The translations under genes and the position numbers were made by a program. The notes under the pieces are model-generated. The model was not told the origin of the DNA. It worked only from the letters and a program-made list of their open reading frames with translations, and searched no databases. Positions 8,267 through 15,823 of a stretch of DNA of 20,000 nt are shown one piece after another; the first letter of the stretch is position 1, and every line of letters begins with the position of its first letter. This DNA is from an uncultured virus (IMG/VR IMGVR_UViG_3300028832_000142) (Duplodnaviria > Heunggongvirae > Uroviricota > Caudoviricetes): IMG/VR virus record IMGVR_UViG_3300028832_000142, one strand, 5' to 3'.

Positions 8267-8976
8267 CACTTTTTATTCTTCTTTTTACCACCGCTAAGTT
8301 TAACGCCATATTTTTTCTCAAGTTCTTGTTTTCTAAGTTCTTTCTGAACTTCAAATTCAAGATTCTTCAATTCTTCACGCTGTTTTTCAAGCGCTTCTTG
8401 CTTCTGCTGTGCTTTCCTCTCTTTAGCATTAAAATCAAGAATAGTATTTGTAGGAAGGCCCATCTTCGAACGTATAAACTTACCGGCATCACTATTTATA
8501 AACCGTATACCATTATTAAGAACGTCTCCATATGATAACATGGTGTCTGCTAATTGTTTTCCTTTACGAAGTTTATTATGATTAAGATCTTTAACATTAT
8601 CTATAAGACGAATACGATCTATAGCTTTACTTATTTCATCGTTTGAAAACATATCTTGATACTTTAAAATCTGATTAGGATCTTTAAGTATCTCAGAACG
8701 CTTTTTATAGAATTTTTCACGCTTTTTAGCTTCTCTAAGTTTAGCACGTTCTACTCGCTTAGCTATTTTTCGTTCTCTCTTGGTAAGATTATTAGATATT
8801 CGTTTTTTACCGAGTTCTGTAAGAGTACCATCAGGATTTTGATAACGTCTTACACCCCATTTCATACCAAGAATACCATAATGCATAAGATCAGGTTTAT
8901 TAATCAAATCAAGATTGCGAATCTCGTCAATGGGTGGTTTGTTAACGAGACCGTAATAATTAATTTCATCAGGCAT
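8266..8976 (-). CDS. HYG-x-x-GM-x-W protein, basic coiled-coil (236 aa)
   Basis: LMHYGILGMKWGVRRYQNPDGTLT, SD GGGAGGT. Confidence 0.8.
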   Translation of the reverse strand: MPDEINYYGLVNKPPIDEIRNLDLINKPDLMHYGILGMKWGVRRYQNPDGTLTELGKKRISNNLTKRERKIAKRVERAKLREAKKREKFYKKRSEILKDPNQILKYQDMFSNDEISKAIDRIRLIDNVKDLNHNKLRKGKQLADTMLSYGDVLNNGIRFINSDAGKFIRSKMGLPTNTILDFNAKERKAQQKQEALEKQREELKNLEFEVQKELRKQELEKKYGVKLSGGKKKNKK

Positions 8977-8990
8977 GGTAACTTACCTCC

Positions 8991-9036
8991 CACTCTTATT
9001 TTGATGAAATGAGGAGCCTCGATTTGAGACTCCTCA
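8991..9036 (-). terminator. Terminator-like hairpin followed immediately by a TTTCATCAAAATAAGAGTG box
   Basis: Minus strand TGAGGAGTCTC-AAATC-GAGGCTCCTCA (11-bp stem, one G-U, 9036-9010), then TTTCATCAAAAT. Confidence 0.7.
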
Positions 9037-9045
9037 GATAATTTG

Positions 9046-9444
9046 TTACATCATATTCATGGCTTCCATCATCTTCTGACGAACCTGCTCATTTGGAGCA
9101 TTGTTCATCATTTCCTGTATCTCCATACGGAAATCGCCATGGGTTGAGTAGCCACCACCGTCACGAGATGAATAACGTCCCATAGAATCTCTACGAGCAT
9201 ACGGCCCACGCCCACGAGCGTAAGACATGTCATAGTCATAACTCATACGAGGCATTCTAGGCATGGCTGCCTGACTATAACCATCCATTTCCATCTCTTT
9301 ATCTTCTATAACCTTACAAAGGTTTTTCAAAGAATGTGCGAGGATGTCTATCTGCTGCAAAGCTGCCATGTCAAGCTTGTCGCGCTTTGCATAACTTTTA
9401 AGCTCAGTCATGAGCTTATCTTTTATTTCATATAAATCCTGCAT
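9046..9444 (-). CDS. Hypothetical protein (helical N-terminus, YARGRG..RRDSMGRYS low-complexity middle); cassette gene 6
   Basis: ORF with SD AAGGAGG. Confidence 0.8.
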   Translation of the reverse strand: MQDLYEIKDKLMTELKSYAKRDKLDMAALQQIDILAHSLKNLCKVIEDKEMEMDGYSQAAMPRMPRMSYDYDMSYARGRGPYARRDSMGRYSSRDGGGYSTHGDFRMEIQEMMNNAPNEQVRQKMMEAMNMM

Positions 9445-9457
9445 AGCTTTCTCCTCC

Positions 9458-9910
9458 TTATGCTATTCTATCTATTACCAGATTTCCGTTCTGCACATTA
9501 ATTACAGAAGTCGGTGTTACAGTCGGATCGTTTGATGCTGATACCGATCTAACAGCTGTTGATAAACAACAACCATTACGAACCTGAATAATAGCAGTAC
9601 AAGTAACATTACCATACTGATCAACAGCTGCCGGAGTATATATAGCTCTACTTGTAGGGAGAGGTTCGCCTTCAAGTGTAATAGCTAAAGCTATAGGACC
9701 TACAGTGCCACCTTCAGGAATAGCAATATTTCCACTAAAAGTTAACTGATATGTGGCATAACATTGGTTGGTAACACCTCTCAGAATAAAAACCCCAGAT
9801 TCGTCTCTATGTATAACATAGCCTTTACGACAAGGGATAGATGCTGTAAATATCACAGGTCCGTTTAATGATACCTGCTGAACTGCATTAGCAAGATATT
9901 CTGCTGCCAT
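9458..9910 (-). CDS. Beta-rich protein, possibly BclA-C/C1q-like (150 aa); cassette gene 5
   Basis: ATG 9910 after GGAGGT (MAAEYLANAVQ). Alternating beta pattern, SGVFILRG..Y..TFSGNI and four-plus Cys. The fold is inferred. Confidence 0.6.
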   Translation of the reverse strand: MAAEYLANAVQQVSLNGPVIFTASIPCRKGYVIHRDESGVFILRGVTNQCYATYQLTFSGNIAIPEGGTVGPIALAITLEGEPLPTSRAIYTPAAVDQYGNVTCTAIIQVRNGCCLSTAVRSVSASNDPTVTPTSVINVQNGNLVIDRIA

Positions 9911-9924
9911 GGTATCACCTCCAA

Positions 9925-10608
9925 TTACGCTGCACAGCCGCAACCGCTAAATCCATTACCAGGACAAGTGAAAATAGGCTGAGATCCATAAACCGGAACA
10001 GTGCCTACAGGACAATTCTTAAGTCTGTTATACAGAGCATCAACCTCTGTATTCAGATCATTTCTGGTAACTGCCAGATTGAGCTGATTCTGAAGGTTAA
10101 CATTGTCTCTACGAGCCTGTTCAAGCTGAGTCTTAACATTATCCAGTTCAAGCTGACAAAGCTTATCAAGAACAAGCTGGTTATTCCTGTTCTGATTGTC
10201 GATGATGTCACGAGTATTCTGTATACTCTGAGTACGATCAGCACAATTCTCAGTAGCAACAGTATACTTAAGATCTGCAACTGCCAGTTTGTTATCGCAA
10301 CAATACTGAGCAAACTGAGAACCAAGATTCTGGAAACCATTACTTACTGCAGCCTGAATAGCAGCTAACTGACTGTCGATCTGAACTCCTCTGAAACCAG
10401 CGTTCATAGAATCTGCCTGATTCATCCAAGGATAAAGACCATTCATTCCGCCACCACCAAAACCGTTGCCGTTATTTCCCCAACCAAGAAGCAGTAGTAA
10501 GATAATCCATGCCCAGTCTCCACCGAACATTCCATTACCCATTCCACCGTTTCCATAGCCATAAGCAGGGGCTACCGGCATGTACATGTTACCATTGGAT
10601 TCTATCAT
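9925..10608 (-). CDS. Gly/Asn-rich, single hydrophobic helix, coiled-coil, Cys-rich protein (227 aa); cassette gene 4
   Basis: FGGDWAWIILLLLLGWG, QYCCDN, heptad-like region, C-terminal GCGCAA, SD AAGGGAGG. Confidence 0.8.
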   Translation of the reverse strand: MIESNGNMYMPVAPAYGYGNGGMGNGMFGGDWAWIILLLLLGWGNNGNGFGGGGMNGLYPWMNQADSMNAGFRGVQIDSQLAAIQAAVSNGFQNLGSQFAQYCCDNKLAVADLKYTVATENCADRTQSIQNTRDIIDNQNRNNQLVLDKLCQLELDNVKTQLEQARRDNVNLQNQLNLAVTRNDLNTEVDALYNRLKNCPVGTVPVYGSQPIFTCPGNGFSGCGCAA

Positions 10609-10656
10609 TTTAGAACCCTCCCTTCATAAAATATTTACATACCTCGACAGTATGTT

Positions 10657-11052
10657 TCACGATTCTGTGATTTCCATCCATGCTTGAATGGCTAATTCAT
10701 CAAAGATTGGCTTAAGAGCTGGATTAATGTAATCTATTCCTTCAACCCATCCACCATTTCTGGTAGCGTGACCATATTGAAGTAAGATAGCTACGTTAGC
10801 CCAATCTTTTTGGACATTGTAATTAAGAAATCGAAGGGTTATGGTACCTCTTTGCTTGTCTTCCTCGATCTCATAATCCCAAGCCATAGATGTAAATCCG
10901 GTGTCTTTAGGGGTGGCTTCTCTTAACGCTAAAACACCATAGTGGCCATATTTATTCAAAAGGTTAAGGTAATCTCTTTTTAAAATATGATTAAAAAACT
11001 TCATGGTTTTCGAGAAATTACCTCTATGACTGAAATGTACTACAGAGCTCAT
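10657..11052 (-). CDS. HK97 gp10-like neck / tail-component protein (131 aa)
   Basis: ATPKDTG.T...W.Y and VAILLQYGHATRNGGWVEG.DYINPA motifs. ATG 11052 after AGGAGGT. Confidence 0.8.
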   Translation of the reverse strand: MSSVVHFSHRGNFSKTMKFFNHILKRDYLNLLNKYGHYGVLALREATPKDTGFTSMAWDYEIEEDKQRGTITLRFLNYNVQKDWANVAILLQYGHATRNGGWVEGIDYINPALKPIFDELAIQAWMEITES

Positions 11053-11054
11053 AA

Positions 11055-11074
11055 TTTTCACCTCCTATAATGAG
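11055..11074 (+). promoter_or_regulatory. Putative promoter repeat 1, TTTTCACCTCCTATAATGAG
   Basis: Contains a perfect TATAAT, is 18/20 identical to 11229-11248, and precedes an SD plus small ORF. Confidence 0.6.
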
Positions 11075-11118
11075 AATATAGACTATACATTATTACCATA
11101 AAAAGGAGGTATAAATAT

Positions 11119-11214
11119 ATGAGTATAGTTATAAGTGAATTATTAAAAGTTATAATTGGTAATATGATCGGAACGGCATTAATGTCGGCGATCAAAAATA
11201 ACTTTTTAGTATAG
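11119..11214 (+). CDS. 31-aa hydrophobic/amphipathic peptide MSIVISELLKVIIGNMIGTALMSAIKNNFLV (not in the ORF track)
   Basis: Perfect SD AAGGAGGT at 11103-11110, ATG 11119, TAG ending 11214, with its own promoter-like box and terminator. Confidence 0.7.
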   Translation: MSIVISELLKVIIGNMIGTALMSAIKNNFLV

Positions 11215-11232
11215 GCATCGCCTATACTTTTT
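11208..11232 (+). terminator. Intrinsic terminator
   Basis: AGTATAGGC-ATC-GCCTATACT followed by TTTT. Confidence 0.75.
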
Positions 11233-11248
11233 CACCCCTTATAATGAG
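11229..11248 (+). promoter_or_regulatory. Putative promoter repeat 2, TTTTCACCCCTTATAATGAG
   Basis: Contains TATAAT and is 18/20 identical to 11055-11074. Confidence 0.6.
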
Positions 11249-11287
11249 CAATAGGTGCTCATAAACAAAAGAAAAGAGGTAAAAGAT

Positions 11288-11500
11288 ATGAGTAAAACAA
11301 TTAAGAAAATCAAAGACAGTAAGAAAAAAGCAACACTCAGCGTATTAGCTGAGAACATGAATAACGTTGTACAGAATTTGTACAACAACAAAAACGTACT
11401 TGAAATAAAGTACGAACCGGAGTATTCATATACTCTGTGTAGAGGTAAGGTCTCACGAGAGACCATAGGGTATAAAGTGAAAATAGTTTATACCGAATAA
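11288..11500 (+). CDS. Small basic hypothetical protein (70 aa)
   Basis: ATG 11288 after AGAGGT, followed by a terminator. Confidence 0.7.
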   Translation: MSKTIKKIKDSKKKATLSVLAENMNNVVQNLYNNKNVLEIKYEPEYSYTLCRGKVSRETIGYKVKIVYTE

Positions 11501-11530
11501 AGGTTTAGCCCTTCGGGGCTTATACCTTTT
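11499..11530 (+). terminator. Intrinsic terminator with a UUCG tetraloop
   Basis: AAAGGT-TT-AGCCC-TTCG-GGGCT-TAT-ACCTTTT. Confidence 0.85.
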
Positions 11531-11550
11531 ACATATATTATTTTTTTTTT

Positions 11551-11793
11551 TTACATCCCGAACATACCTTTAATACGTTCGGCATTTTGAGCAGCAACAT
11601 TATAATCGTTCTGATTAATTATACCACGATTCATCATTTGCTGCATTATCTGAGTAGGATTCATACCCATACTAAATAACTGCTGAGCTATTTGCATAGG
11701 CTGCATTCCTTGAGTTTTCATTTGTTGTATCATTGTTAGAGGATCATTTGGATTTTGTTGCTGATTTATCTGAGAATATAATTGGTTCGGCAT
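11551..11793 (-). CDS. Gln/Met/Asn-rich small protein (80 aa); cassette gene 3
   Basis: SD AAGGAGG, repeated P.QI.QQ motifs. Confidence 0.8.
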   Translation of the reverse strand: MPNQLYSQINQQQNPNDPLTMIQQMKTQGMQPMQIAQQLFSMGMNPTQIMQQMMNRGIINQNDYNVAAQNAERIKGMFGM

Positions 11794-11796
11794 AAC

Positions 11797-12201
11797 TTAA
11801 TCCTCCTTATCAAATTTTCTGCTAGGTTTTGTATTATTAACAGCTATGACAGGTTTGGTAGCATTAGCCACTATTTCTTTTAACTGCTGTTCAAGCTGAG
11901 CAGCAAATTTATCGAAATCTTCTTTTGTGACATAATACTTCTCTTTTTCGGGTTCAGCCGAAACCGTAGATTCCTGAATAACAGGTGACTGACTTTTCCT
12001 AAAAGTATAATCAAGTATCTGTATACTTGGATTACCAAAATTATCTACAGACTTGATATAAATTATAGGTTGTTCTTTATCCCAGAGAACAACTGTTCCT
12101 CCATATTGTACCGGATATGTATCAACCTGTTGAGGTCCCTGAACCCAAATCATAGGGCTCTGCTGAGGCTGATAATATAAAGGCGGTTGATAAGTGGCCA
12201 T
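11797..12201 (-). CDS. 'WVQG' hypothetical protein (134 aa); cassette gene 2
   Basis: ATG 12201 after AAAGGAG. MIWVQG..Y.V..G.TV.LWD.E...IYIKS.D..G.P and YVTKEDF. Confidence 0.8.
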   Translation of the reverse strand: MATYQPPLYYQPQQSPMIWVQGPQQVDTYPVQYGGTVVLWDKEQPIIYIKSVDNFGNPSIQILDYTFRKSQSPVIQESTVSAEPEKEKYYVTKEDFDKFAAQLEQQLKEIVANATKPVIAVNNTKPSRKFDKED

Positions 12202-12212
12202 AATATCTCCTT

Positions 12213-12590
12213 TCAATCTGGTCTATGCCAGAAATATATAGGTATTTCTTTAGAAGAATCCCAGCTGTCATAGATGACACCATCAATAACGGTAGCTAAG
12301 TGTGTGCCAAAGCCCAGGACAAATATTCCATAAGGGTTATCATGACAGAAATCATCAGCAGTATAACAGCTGGGACAATAATCAGGTATAATGTGTTTAC
12401 TAAAACCATTGGCTCGTAAAACAGCATCGGTCACCTGATTAGAGGAGGACATATCACACATGTTTTTAGAAAATGATGACAAAAGGTCATGAGCTTTATC
12501 CCAGTCTAGACCTAAAGCGGCGCATATTGCGCGCACAGCGCAATCACCAACCACACGGCCGCAGGGATTAGGATTGAAATATCTATACAT
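12213..12590 (-). CDS. Putative papain-like (C39-like) cysteine hydrolase (125 aa); cassette gene 1
   Basis: GDCAVRAI, GTHLATV and IYDSWD give a Cys-His-Asp order. SD AAAGGAG. Confidence 0.55.
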   Translation of the reverse strand: MYRYFNPNPCGRVVGDCAVRAICAALGLDWDKAHDLLSSFSKNMCDMSSSNQVTDAVLRANGFSKHIIPDYCPSCYTADDFCHDNPYGIFVLGFGTHLATVIDGVIYDSWDSSKEIPIYFWHRPD

Positions 12591-12608
12591 GTGTGATACT
12601 CTCCTTTA

Positions 12609-12881
12609 TTACTTTGGTAATGGCGGTATAGAACCAGTAAATATAAATGATTCTAGACCAACTAATTCAAGATCCTTGGCTTTAATCATAGCTACAACCC
12701 ATAAAGTTTTACCGGTTGTTTCGTTGATCTGGCCAGGCAGATCTTTGTAAAACAGTACCATATTATCACCATCATTGCTATCTTCATACTCCATATAATC
12801 AGCTATTATGGAATACAGATAACCGGTTTTAGTTTTAATATAATACTTTTTTCTTTGTTTCTTCGGTGGCTCTTCATTCAT
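12609..12881 (-). CDS. Hypothetical protein (90 aa)
   Basis: ORF tightly packed in the operon, SD GAGG. Confidence 0.7.
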   Translation of the reverse strand: MNEEPPKKQRKKYYIKTKTGYLYSIIADYMEYEDSNDGDNMVLFYKDLPGQINETTGKTLWVVAMIKAKDLELVGLESFIFTGSIPPLPK

Positions 12882-12884
12882 AGA

Positions 12885-13145
12885 TTATTCCTCAGTGTTC
12901 TCCGCAGGTTCGGCGGGAGTCTGCTGTGTCTGTTCTGCAACAGTGTGAGTAATGTACTCCATCTTACCCTCTACAGTGTCAAGGTTTTCATCAACAACCT
13001 TAACCATACAGGTAATAACATCGGGAGCATTCCAATAAATCTTACACAGGTCATGGAACTTAACAAAAGCCGCCTGCTTATTCTCACCATGTTCGGTTTC
13101 TACTTTAAAACTGCCGTTAACAACTGAAATTACAGCATATCTCAT
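12885..13145 (-). CDS. Hypothetical protein following the fibre-like gene (86 aa)
   Basis: SD AAGGAGG. Confidence 0.8.
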   Translation of the reverse strand: MRYAVISVVNGSFKVETEHGENKQAAFVKFHDLCKIYWNAPDVITCMVKVVDENLDTVEGKMEYITHTVAEQTQQTPAEPAENTEE

Positions 13146-13160
13146 TTATTTATCCTCCTT

Positions 13161-15809
13161 TTATGCGTTAAGAATAGCCGTAAGCACCGCGCCTATGGTG
13201 GTCTTGCTTACGTTAGTTCCTGCTGTTATCGTAGCGCCACTGGCAATGGAAGTAGTCACTTTGTAGAAGTCACCTTTCCAAATCATGAACTGATTAGCCG
13301 TGTACGCTCTTGAAGCTGTATTGCCGTTTTCGATGTAATCAACCATATCAGCATTGTCAGCTTTGGAAGTCTCAAGCACATCTACTTCTGCCTGTACACT
13401 GTCAGCTTTGTTTGCCTTATACACCAGATTGATATTCCCCTCCGCACTGACTCTGTTGTACCCCTTAAGCATCTGCACCGCTACGGGGGTGAGGGTGAGC
13501 TCGATAGGCTCGGCTAAAGCATAGCAGATGGTCTGTCCATTGACAAAAGCCTTAAATAATGTAGCATCACTATAATCGTTATCTGTAACATAAACGTAAC
13601 TGTTACCAGTCGAGCCGCCAATTACGTTGTCGAGCGTTGTTGCTTCGTTACCTGTTACAGTGGGATAACATGAGCATAATATATCATCTACTACGCTCGC
13701 TGATGCCGCATTTTTCTTTCCGGGTAATACAGCGCGGAAAGAGTGCGACAAGCCCGGTATCAGTGACCATGAGATGTCAGAGCTACCCATGTCAATAATT
13801 ACGTGTGTTACCGTAGCCGTGCCATTAGTAAAATCAACGCTTCCGCCGTAGACGGTCTGACCGAAAGCTATGGTTGCAGATGATGATTGATAAGGTGAAA
13901 ATTTTTGCGGTGCTTCACCTTTTGTAAACATCGGGCTTATAACAACATCAATTGTTGTCCCATTAACTATTGTAAATAATATAAAGCAGTTTGCTTCATC
14001 CTGTGATAAAGTAAGAGGTGTATTTGTAGTAGGTGTAAAAGTCAACACTGTGCGCCATGTAGTATTCTGCATCACACGCAAGTTCACCCCTGTTTTCAAT
14101 CCCGATACGCAATATTTTCCCGCTTTATATGTTTTAAGGTTGTCCGTGCCACTTATCGTTGACTGATCTATGCGCAGATTTGCTTCAGCAGTTGCCGTAC
14201 CTTTAACCCTAAACACTCCCCCACCATAATTCGTTACAGTTATACCATTTAACGTGCTTGTGGGCAATTTGGGTTCAAGTAAATTTCCCTCTGACTTAAC
14301 GCTTGTGTCTGTCCTGCCGCTTATGGGGCAAATGTTGGAATAGGGGGCAAAGGTGGCATCGGATACGGTGGCAAGGCGAATCATGGGCTTATATAACAAA
14401 CCGCCACTCGGACAGGTGTAACCACTGTTTATACGGATATTATAATAAGCTGATAATGTTTCGCTGATAGTAAACGTACTACCAGTGCCTCTATCATCAT
14501 TTATGCCGCTTATATTATTACCGCCAATAGCATCTCGTATGGTTGCCGAATAAGTGTCAAAAGTGCCGCTTGTCGGACAGCCATTCATTACATAAGTATT
14601 AGCAGGAATTGTAAACGGTATACCAAGCCATGCTGTTTGTGTAAATGTTCCAGTTATTTTAAAACCTGTTATATCATCATCGGAATCGGTTAATATTTCA
14701 ATCTGTCCACCCTGTATTGTATAGACATTACCGCTCCACGTCCCCCATGTATTTGCCGCTTTCACGCTTGCTACTGTCATCGGCAGTTTATTCTTTCCTG
14801 CTCCACCCACCCACGGATTATCATAACCATGCAAGTCCTGTATAGGCTCAAGATTTACTGTAAGAGATTTTGCAGGCAGGGGTAAACTGTCACTTATCAC
14901 TATAGGATTGCCGGAAACACTCTTCTCTTCCTCTATAGCACTCTCTATCATGTCTACTCGATCTTCAAGATCTTGAACTGCATCAGACATAATTGCAAAA
15001 TATCCAGAAAGGGTAGCGAGATCTTCTTCGACAAACTTAATTGCAGTTGTGAGATCTACTTCGCTTACTATAGACGGATCCCATGCTGCTCCTGCTGCAT
15101 GATTACTTGTAAATTTGTATAAGCTGTTCTGATAAATAACATAATCGCCTTTTGAATATACTGTAGCAGCATCAAACTGACTACCGATCATGACTTCTAT
15201 ATCGGAAATTGTATTATTAATTTCTGTATTAACAGCATTAATAATTTCTTCGACTGTGGTCGTATTTACTTCAAGATTTGACCAAGGATTTCCAGCCGTA
15301 TGAGCTGATGCGAACGTATAAAGATCATCTGCATACCATACTATATCACCTACAGCATATGCTTCATCTTCGTCAAACTCGTCGGCGATCATATCTGCTA
15401 CTTTATAAATAGCGTCATATATAGCTGCTACATCTACGAAAGCTGAAGTAACGTCGAACTTAAGAACTGGTGTTTCATCAGTTCCAACATTAGCTACGGC
15501 TACATTTGTTCCAGCAGGATATACCTTACCGGAACCGTCTACAAATCTATCATCTGTTGTGAACTGTTCTAACATGTTGTAAGTCCAACCAACCATATCT
15601 TCAGTAAGAGTTGAAGGAAGCTCGCTGAACTCTATAGAACCATGAAATACATAAGCACCTTTAGTTTTAGATTTCCAATCATCTAAAGCAGCTTTGAGCT
15701 GGAGAAGGAGTACCTCGATACGACTTTCCGGAAATCCGGTATACTCTTCACCATTAATCATACTTAAAAGGATGGCCTCATCTCTACTTTCCGGAAAAAT
15801 ATCAGGCAT
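13161..15809 (-). CDS. Mosaic fibre / receptor-binding or decoration protein (882 aa)
   Basis: Two CBM5/12-like repeats (Y.VGD.V.Y...LY.F...H.AG..W), a coiled coil, the PIQDLHGYDNPWVGGAGKN junction, Thr/Gly-rich beta domains and a C-terminal ASRAY..NQF..W....YKV module. Confidence 0.65.
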   Translation of the reverse strand: MPDIFPESRDEAILLSMINGEEYTGFPESRIEVLLLQLKAALDDWKSKTKGAYVFHGSIEFSELPSTLTEDMVGWTYNMLEQFTTDDRFVDGSGKVYPAGTNVAVANVGTDETPVLKFDVTSAFVDVAAIYDAIYKVADMIADEFDEDEAYAVGDIVWYADDLYTFASAHTAGNPWSNLEVNTTTVEEIINAVNTEINNTISDIEVMIGSQFDAATVYSKGDYVIYQNSLYKFTSNHAAGAAWDPSIVSEVDLTTAIKFVEEDLATLSGYFAIMSDAVQDLEDRVDMIESAIEEEKSVSGNPIVISDSLPLPAKSLTVNLEPIQDLHGYDNPWVGGAGKNKLPMTVASVKAANTWGTWSGNVYTIQGGQIEILTDSDDDITGFKITGTFTQTAWLGIPFTIPANTYVMNGCPTSGTFDTYSATIRDAIGGNNISGINDDRGTGSTFTISETLSAYYNIRINSGYTCPSGGLLYKPMIRLATVSDATFAPYSNICPISGRTDTSVKSEGNLLEPKLPTSTLNGITVTNYGGGVFRVKGTATAEANLRIDQSTISGTDNLKTYKAGKYCVSGLKTGVNLRVMQNTTWRTVLTFTPTTNTPLTLSQDEANCFILFTIVNGTTIDVVISPMFTKGEAPQKFSPYQSSSATIAFGQTVYGGSVDFTNGTATVTHVIIDMGSSDISWSLIPGLSHSFRAVLPGKKNAASASVVDDILCSCYPTVTGNEATTLDNVIGGSTGNSYVYVTDNDYSDATLFKAFVNGQTICYALAEPIELTLTPVAVQMLKGYNRVSAEGNINLVYKANKADSVQAEVDVLETSKADNADMVDYIENGNTASRAYTANQFMIWKGDFYKVTTSIASGATITAGTNVSKTTIGAVLTAILNA

Positions 15810-15823
15810 TTGTCCGTACCTCC

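Noticed and set aside
11541..11552. T12 homopolymer as a phase-variation tract
   Set aside because: It is essentially intergenic between convergent genes. It may be terminator-associated or a sequencing artefact.
13161..15809. Diversity-generating retroelement target in the fibre-like gene
   Set aside because: No reverse transcriptase and no adenine-variant template/variable repeat pair were seen in this window.
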